Positions 57,755 to 64,000 of a stretch of DNA of 64,000 bases are shown in pieces. The DNA is from Ignavibacteria bacterium (GTDB lineage Bacteria; Bacteroidota; Ignavibacteria; SZUA-365): positions 199,036-263,035 of the forward strand of contig JADKJW010000002.1 of assembly GCA_016720835.1 (NCBI GenBank), given 5' to 3'. The notes beneath the pieces were generated by a model. That model was not told the DNA's origin, did not search any database, and worked only from the letters and a program-made list of their open reading frames with translations. Positions within the stretch are counted from its first letter, which is position 1. The number at the start of each line of letters is the position of its first letter. Both the position numbers and the translations under genes were made by a program.

Positions 57755-57960
57755 AGAATACGGCGCCGCTCGCGCAGGGTGACTCGGCGCGGGTGGGGCG
57801 GGGGCGGGGTCGCTCCCGGCGCGCCCCGCCGCGCCGGCGGCGCCGGGGAGGCGGGGGCGAGGCCGGGGCCCGGCGCGGGCGTTCAGGCGGTCGCCGCCCG
57901 GCGCGGGTCGGCGAGCGGGTGGCGGGCGCGTTCGTGGGCCGCGGCGGCGGCGGGTGTGGA
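57755..57960 (+). other. extremely GC-rich (~85%) G-rich tract with G-quadruplex-type motifs, in the upstream region of gene 56631..57626
   Basis: gggtggggcgggggcggggt (57791-57810) and ggggaggcgggggcgaggccgggg (57845-57868) lie on the plus strand. The surrounding ~200 bp are almost pure G/C. The overlapping ORFs are Pro/Arg/Ala-rich junk. Confidence 0.5.
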
Positions 57961-58184
57961 TCGTCTCGTCTTTCGGTTCGAGCCGCATTGCGCGCTCGCG
58001 GCGCTGCCGGGCTCTTTCGTGATGTTGATCCGCAGCGCGTCGCGCCGTGCGGGGCCGCAGCTCCGAGACCCTCGTAGATCTCGATGCTGAAAGGGATGTT
58101 CACATCATGGAAAGGAGGTATCATGCGAGCAAACGTAGGGAAATCCGCGGAGATCCCATAACGTGTCCGCCCGCAGGGATTCGG

Positions 58185-59685
58185 TCATGGCGAGCCGTGT
58201 TGCGCGCCGTACCCTTGAACATTTCCAAACAGCAGCAGCGCCTCTTTCCACGGGTATTTATTGGCGAACATGGTGACGGAGGAGCTCATGGTGCCCTGCA
58301 TGTTCATCCCCAAAATGGATCTCCACTGATTCGAGGGCGAGTTGCGGTCGAAATCCGTGGACTCGGAATACCGCGCGCTCAGATATCCCTCCAGGTAATC
58401 CGTGTTGAGCTGCAGTGTTTTCGGTATTTCATTTTTGTTCCCGTTCACGCTGGCGATTTGAATGTCATCGAAGTCCTTCGCGTCAATACGAAGCCGGGTA
58501 TTGCTGGCGGGGCTGAAATGAAAGTCCTTGTCCTTGTTGACAAAAAATATGTTGTGATCAACGGCGATCCATTCATTTTTATTGAATCGCGTGTGATCCA
58601 CTCCCGCAAGGATGGAGGCTCCGATGATATTGTGATGGATAGTGTATCCCGCCTTGGTCATGACGCGCACGCCATACCCCATATCCTGAAAATCCTTGGT
58701 GCGGCTCCAGGTGAACAGAATGGTATTGTAGGCGATTTCAACCTCCCCGCATTTCGACATATTGCCCGGGCCGGGCGGATTGGCGCAGGTTCCGTAAATC
58801 TCGATGGCGGCCATTTTATTGGCAATGAAGACGTTGTTCTTGACGGTGAATTTTCCGCTTCTGTGGCCGGCTTGCAGCGCAAAATTGGAGCCGTTGACAA
58901 AAACGCAGTGTTGCACCACCACGTCACCGCCGGTGGTCGCACTCACGAATTGAAGCAAGGGCTCGCCGACGGTGGGGAATCCGACAGGCGGCCTTTCCGT
59001 GGGAGGAAGCAGTCGTCCCCCTTGGACACCTTTGACGATACCTTCCTTCACATGGTAGGCATTTCTTTCACCGTCATCAAATACCAGATTGTCCAACACC
59101 GTGCCATTCACATCCTGTGTAAACCTCATCAGCGCCTTTCCTGTTCGAGCGGGCGCTTTCGTTGGTAGGTTGGATCACCGTGGGGTGATCCTTGATGCTT
59201 TGTTTTGTGAAGCCTTCATCCCAGCTCCCGTAGATTTTGACCGCCTTGTCAGCTTCGATGAAGCCGGCATCGAGGGTTCCTGTTTCAATCCCGCCGGTCA
59301 CATGAATCGTGCCTCCGGGCTTCGCCGCTTGTATTGCCCTGTCCAGATTCTTGAGTGGTGATGACTTGGAACCGTCGTTTCTGTTGCTGCCATTCTGTTT
59401 TGAAACGTAGATCACATCCCCTGAAAATTCGGGTGCTGTGTTGGCCGCGCCATCGGTGCTGCCCGCGCTTTCCGGTGTCCGGCTATTCTGTGACGGCTGG
59501 GTCACCTCCCTTTCGGCATCTCTGATGGCCTTATCCGCCGCCCTTTCCACGGTTCGTTCCACCGCTTGTTCTGTTTTTTTCTCCAGTTTCTTCCCGAGGT
59601 TTTTCAGGTCCACTCTCTGGGAATAGCCGGATACTGGAATCGATACTACCGCCAGGATGAGGAGGTGAAGTGTGAATGATTTCAT
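58185..59685 (-). pseudogene. secreted right-handed parallel beta-helix (pectin-lyase-fold) protein split by a frameshift between 59080 and 59175
   Basis: N-part (ATG 59685, MKSFTLHLLILAVVSIPVSGYSQ ... SSPLKNLDRAIQAAKPGGTIHVTGG ... ESARSNRKGADEV) runs into a stop at 59077. The beta-helix repeats (HCVFVNGSNF, NNVFIANKMAAIEIYG, HHNIIGASILAGVDH, DHNIFFVNKD) continue in another frame (58185..59129). Confidence 0.5.
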
Positions 59686-59798
59686 GGTACCGCCGTGAGG
59701 TGTGAAATGGAATGTGCTTGACTGATGGAGATCGATCACGTGACGCGTAACCCTCTGCGTGGTGGTTGGGGCGAACATAGCGCCACGCCGCGCGAATG

Positions 59799-59957
59799 TC
59801 AAGGCGCTGTCGTCTGGTATGCCGCCTCATAGGCCTTCTCCATTGCCGCTCCGTCGAGCTTCACCATGGTCATCATTGCATCCATGACGGCCTGTACCTT
59901 TTTCGGATTCTCGACGACGATGAGTTCCATCCCGCGTACCGCTTCACGATGGACCAT
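59799..59957 (-). CDS. possible small ORF (52 aa; 43 aa from the second ATG)
   Basis: MVHREAVRGMELIVVENPKKVQAVMDAMMTMVKLDGAAMEKAYEAAYQTTAP has protein-like composition. It is not in the ORF track (under 60 aa). No RBS. No family recognised. Confidence 0.2.
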   Translation of the reverse strand: MVHREAVRGMELIVVENPKKVQAVMDAMMTMVKLDGAAMEKAYEAAYQTTAP

Positions 59958-60223
59958 TCCGAAATGTCACTGGGACAACGCCATGAACGAACCGATGGTC
60001 ATCCATCATGGACGCGTCTCTCGGTATCGATCGCAACTGCGTTATGAAATTTCCGGACACTCAGGTTATGAAACAAGCGAAATGCTGTACATGGTGCTTT
60101 TCCGTATGTGAAACGTTTCCCTGCTGCCGGGAAAGGAGACTGTGGATTCGATCTTGCGGACCGTGTTGATGAAGGTGCTCGGTCGCGGACCTCGCCACAC
60201 AGCGGAGCATCTGAATTTGACGA

Positions 60224-61096
60224 TTACATCGACAGGAGCGCTTGCCCCGGAGGGTGTTTCGCGGCCAGCGCTTTCATGATGTGCGCGCAACCTCCTTGGC
60301 GCACATGACTGCCATGATCGTCGACACTCTCGAACTTCCGCCCGCAAATCTTGGAGCATTCGAATTCGTAATCGGTACATTGCAGGAAGGTCTCGATTCG
60401 TTCAAGTCCGGCGGGCGATTTGAAATCGAGCTTCCCGCCTTCCTTCTTCAGGCTCTCCATGCCGCTGATCCACAATGCCGTCCCCAATGCCCCGCAGGCT
60501 CCACCACTGAGACCGATGCCTCCCGCGAGTCCCGCCGCCATGACTGCCTGCATATCGGATGCGCCCATCATGCGAGCCGTTTCCGCCGCGCAGCTGACGG
60601 GAGCAGGGGGCGCCGGGGCGTTCTGGTCGGAAAGCGCCGCGTCGATTTCGCGATACGCGACCGGCGCGTACCGCGCAGCCATCCGAAAGCAGCCGACAGT
60701 CCCACCCTTCAGGAGAAAGTATGTGAGCAGTTGCTTCGTTGTCGAAGATTTGTCGAGCGCGGTAATATCAGAGCAGTCTGTATGCCCGTTCTGTTTGCGG
60801 AAGGATTCCACGAGCCGTTTCGATGCGACGATTGCGCGGGCCTCCGCTTCAGGCCCGACGCCAAAGAGATGAAATGCCCGAGCCCCGGCGGCAAGCGCCG
60901 CGCCCCAGATCATTCCGCATTGGTATCCATGCTGCATGATTCCTCCCGCGAAGGGCATGACGGCACACTCTTCTTCCGGCATGGAGCTATCAAAGGCATT
61001 GTTCAGGACGTGGAAGAGCGTATCCGAACACGCCCTGCCATTGATGAATGCACCGACCGTTCTCATCGAGGAGATGCGGCCATTTGATGTGTTCAT
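60224..61096 (-). CDS. C_GCAxxG_C_C-family putative redox-active protein (~290 aa)
   Basis: ATG at 61096 (alternative 61066). Characteristic segments GYQCGMIWGAALAAG and GGIGLSGGACGALGTALWI, plus C-terminal Cys pairs (CTDYEFECSKICG, GGCAHIM). The upstream part of the track ORF is junk. Confidence 0.5.
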   Translation of the reverse strand: MNTSNGRISSMRTVGAFINGRACSDTLFHVLNNAFDSSMPEEECAVMPFAGGIMQHGYQCGMIWGAALAAGARAFHLFGVGPEAEARAIVASKRLVESFRKQNGHTDCSDITALDKSSTTKQLLTYFLLKGGTVGCFRMAARYAPVAYREIDAALSDQNAPAPPAPVSCAAETARMMGASDMQAVMAAGLAGGIGLSGGACGALGTALWISGMESLKKEGGKLDFKSPAGLERIETFLQCTDYEFECSKICGRKFESVDDHGSHVRQGGCAHIMKALAAKHPPGQALLSM

Positions 61097-61372
61097 GAGA
61101 TCCTTCTGTCGTTGTGTATTCCGAGACACCCGGCCACCGATATGGTCACGGCCCGACCGGATCATCGGCGCGAAGCGGATGGCACTGAGCCATGATACGC
61201 AGCATCGTGCGTATTGTTGCTTCGTCTCCTGCACGCGGGTCGCCCATTCTCCCGCTTGGTGGCGGGGGTGACGGTTTCCCACGTGCCGCCGGTCAGCGGA
61301 GGGAAATAGAGCGATTGCGCCGGGAACCGGACGGCGAGGAACAACAGAAGCAGCGTTGAAATTCTACCACGT

Positions 61373-62988
61373 TCATCTCCAGGTTTGCCGCGCGCCGAGC
61401 AGCATCATGTGTATTGATGTTGCGAAAGGTCCCGCCGTGAGAACACAGGAATACACATTCCCGGCAGGCGAATCCGGCGCTGTGAACGTTGATTGATGAC
61501 GTCCCGCATTCTGCCATTCGTCCACCAGAGTTTGGTAACGCCTTCCGAGCATATCATAGATCTTCAACGAGACATTTCCGGCGGATGGCACTTCATAGGT
61601 GATGACGGTGCTGCTGGAAAAGGGATTCGGATAATTCTGCGTCATCGTGAGTTCCGGCGAAGCAACCCGCGTATTCCGATCCACCGATACGGCAATGGAG
61701 GACGAGTGAAAATATATTTCCCAATCGTTGGAGCGGTAATCGCTCCACACAGAAAACAGGGACTCACCGGTGAGCGCCACTCCGAGGAAGGAATTGCAGC
61801 AGCCCAGGGTAATCCAGGGCGACGATACGGAACTCAACCGCTGGTTGGGCTCGAAGCCGACGCCGCCATCCTGCGATACCCTGGCGTAGATGTCGAAGGG
61901 TGCGGACAGACCCGGCACGGCGAGCCGACGATCGCGCCAGACCACCGCGAGTTGTCCCGCCGGCGCATAACTCGCCCAGACCAGATCCTGCACGACGCCG
62001 TTCGCCTCGGGATCGTCGTTGATGCGCACCGCGGATCCCCGGTCAGACCGCCGTTCGTAGTACGCTTCAATAGCACATCGCTGTCGCCGTAGCGTTCATC
62101 GATCCATGCGACAACGGCATGGCCGGGACGCACGGGATCGGCTGCGATGCAATACCCCTGCGCATATCCGAAACTGGACGGCGTCAGGGCGACATTCGCG
62201 ATCACCGCGCGCTGCCACGTTGCTCCGGCATCCGACGATACCGCGGCATACATTCTGAGAAAGGGACTCAATGATGTATCATACGACAAGTATGCGGTGT
62301 AGAGCTTTCCGTCGCCGCCAACCGAAATTGCGCCATAGGATTTCGTCACCAGGCCCGGGGAATATTCGTCATTGTCCAGTCGGTTCAGCGGGCTCCAGGT
62401 GGCGCCTGTGTCCGAGCTGCTCCGTGTATAGATACGGTGCTCGCCGGTATACCAGTATGCGGACATCACGCTCATGGTCACTGTTCCGTCCGTTGCGCCG
62501 CCGCTGTTGTCCACGACCACCCAGGGCCGGTCAAGCGGCAGGTCCGGCCGTCCGATCGTGCTTACGGCTTCGCGCGGCTCAGACCAGCGCAGTCCGCCGT
62601 CCGTGGAGTGTGCGAGATACACGCCGCCGACCGTATCGGGCACCATCCGATAATCGATATACAGCAGATACGCGAGACCCGAACGATGAAAAGCGATGGA
62701 CACGTCCGCTGAACCATAATCGGGCTGCACGTGCGGGAGGAATTGCATGGGACTCCACGTAGCGCCACCATCGAAGGACGAACGCACCGCGATCCAGATC
62801 TTGCCGTCCAGACGGAGGCGCATCCACCCTGCGATGATATTGTCGGGGTTCTGTGGATTCACTGCGAGGGAAGGTTCGCCGTCGAAGCTCACGAGGTTCG
62901 AGAGGTTGACGTTGCCCGTCTGCGCGTATGAGCACAACGGAAAAGACAACAGGATGAACAATGAGACGGCAAGGAATAACGTGTGCAT
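61373..62988 (-). pseudogene. BNR-repeat sialidase-like secreted protein with T9SS CTD, interrupted by a frameshift near 62030-62080 (G4 run)
   Basis: N-part from ATG 62988 (MHTLFLAVSLFILLSFPLCSYAQ) carries four SxDxGxTW repeats (SFDGGATWS, STDGGLRWS, SSDTGATWS, SSDAGATWQ) up to ..VAWIDERYGDSDVLLKRTTNGG. The continuation (..VRINDDPEANGVVQDLVWASYAPAGQLAVVWRDRR..IYARVSQDGGVGF.. + CTD TMTQNYPNPFSSSTVITYEV...) lies in another frame (the 61373..62029 ORF). Confidence 0.55.
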
Positions 62989-63103
62989 GAGCGTACCCGT
63001 CTGTTGGAATGCGCAGAAAGTCACGATGACACCGGCATCAAAGTCAGGACTCCTGCCGAACTCCGTTGGAATGCATGGCACAAGGTACGCACGGGTGATC
63101 GCA

Positions 63104-64000
63104 TTACCATCTCGCCACACGATATGTCCGCTTCCCCGCGAAGAGCAGATACACGCCTGCACTCCATGACGCGGCATCGACCGTCCATGTTCCTTCGATC
63201 CTCCCCCGCCACAACTCGCGGCCAAGGATGTCGGTGATGCGCGCATCCGTAGGGACGGCGGCCCGGATGGTGAACAACGAGCGGGAGGGATTCGGATAGA
63301 TATCGATTGAGCGCACCCCATTTCCGATTTCAGATATGTCCGTGATGGGAGAGTTGACCAGCGTCAGGAGGAGTTGCTGCGCAACGAGTGCGGCCGGAGC
63401 GGGAGTCGCGTTGATCAGGACACAGATCACGGTCTTGAGCGCGGTGTCGTACATCATCTGCGACGAATAGCCGCGTATGCTCCCGCCATGCAGCCACAGC
63501 AATCTGCCCGCCACCGTCTTTTCAGAGATACCGAATCCATAGTTCCCCGATCCGACAAACGTCGTCATCTGCCTGAACGATTCCTCCTGCAGCACGCGCC
63601 CGCTCATCAGTGCGGCATACCACTGCGCCATCTCGCTCGACGTGGAGTACATCGCGCCGGCGGACCATGCGGTCGTGAGCAGCGAGACTCTCGGTGTTCC
63701 GCTGATTTCAACGTCGTTCGCCCACGGGTGGGCAATCGAGCCCGACACGAGTTCTTCGATGGGCAGGAAGGTGCTGTCCAAACGCAACGGGGCCAGCACG
63801 CTGTCTCTGAGGAAGCGCGCCAGTCGTTTCCCTGACGCGTGTTCGACGATCATGCCGGCGAGAATATAATTCGTGTTGGAATAACTCCAGGACGTCCCGG
63901 CCCGAAAATGCGGCGGCCCCACCCATCCCAGCACCTCTTCGCGTGTAAAGACGCGGAGCGGATTGCTGAGTATGCTATCCGGGTATCCCTGAATGTCATT
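63104..64000 (-). CDS. beta-lactamase-fold serine hydrolase (C-terminal part; 5' end beyond the window) with T9SS C-terminal domain
   Basis: ..GTSWSYSNTNYILAGMIVEHASGKRLARFL.. is the typical class-C/DD-peptidase-like segment. The C-terminus IDIYPNPSRSLFTIRAAVP...YLLFAGKRTYRVARW is a T9SS CTD. The frame stays open to the window edge at 64000. Confidence 0.55.
   Translation of the reverse strand, partial: NDIQGYPDSILSNPLRVFTREEVLGWVGPPHFRAGTSWSYSNTNYILAGMIVEHASGKRLARFLRDSVLAPLRLDSTFLPIEELVSGSIAHPWANDVEISGTPRVSLLTTAWSAGAMYSTSSEMAQWYAALMSGRVLQEESFRQMTTFVGSGNYGFGISEKTVAGRLLWLHGGSIRGYSSQMMYDTALKTVICVLINATPAPAALVAQQLLLTLVNSPITDISEIGNGVRSIDIYPNPSRSLFTIRAAVPTDARITDILGRELWRGRIEGTWTVDAASWSAGVYLLFAGKRTYRVARW

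Noticed and set aside
1-64000. CRISPR arrays, rRNA, tRNA, insertion sequences/transposases, integrases
   Set aside because: No spaced direct-repeat arrays, no rRNA or tRNA-like conserved stretches, and no transposase or integrase-like proteins were recognised. The only repeats found are the heptamer microsatellites and the 41-bp element.

Overview
This is a high-GC (~65-70%) bacterial chromosomal window, about 90% coding, with no rRNA, tRNA or CRISPR array detected. At least 12 proteins end in a C-terminal type-IX-secretion (T9SS) sorting domain, which points to an FCB-group organism. Because the genome is so GC-rich, many long ORFs in the six-frame track are spurious antisense or off-frame readings; I called genes by protein-like composition and recognisable motifs and recomputed the true start codons. 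Main content follows.

1. An island of T9SS cargo genes: an S8 peptidase C-terminus, a 1432-aa DUF3494 ice-binding-like protein with 11 Ig-like repeats, a CotH kinase-like protein, a Ycf48/BNR-repeat propeller, two ASST-like propellers (one fused to an ~800-aa array of choice-of-anchor-D-like modules), a PHB-depolymerase-family esterase, a beta-helix protein, a BNR sialidase-like protein, and a beta-lactamase-fold hydrolase.

2. A NuoE/NuoF-like pair plus a 1244-aa fusion protein (2Fe-2S ferredoxin, GltD-like flavoprotein, NuoG-type Fe-S modules, and a formate-dehydrogenase-family molybdopterin domain that lacks the Cys/Sec Mo ligand), next to a tandem RAM (Lrp/AsnC C-terminal) domain protein. 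This looks like a Bfu-type flavin-based electron-bifurcating complex (compare Stn/Nfn-Bfu transhydrogenases).

3. A GT4 glycosyltransferase with a large C-terminal extension, translationally coupled (ATGA) to a GH130 phosphorylase-like gene.

4. Toxin-antitoxin pairs (RHH/ParE and VapBC), a beta-carbonic anhydrase coupled to a SAM methyltransferase, a PAP2 phosphatase, secreted aminopeptidase C, OmpA, an AraC regulator, cupins and a thioredoxin-like protein.

Most unusual non-coding signals: (a) a ~41-bp element present three times (35/41 identical between two copies) plus a partial fourth, each in an otherwise gene-free 430-540 bp intergenic region, built from two ~13-bp direct repeats 21 bp apart; (b) two arrays of GAATTCT-type heptanucleotide tandem repeats that bracket a ~2.9 kb cassette encoding a tail-fiber-like protein and a nucleotidyltransferase-like/addiction-module-like pair; (c) an ~85% GC tract with G-quadruplex motifs.

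At least five genes (a lipoprotein, an ASST-like protein, the esterase, the beta-helix protein and the sialidase-like protein) are interrupted by single-base frameshifts at homopolymers. These are either assembly indel errors or real pseudogenes.
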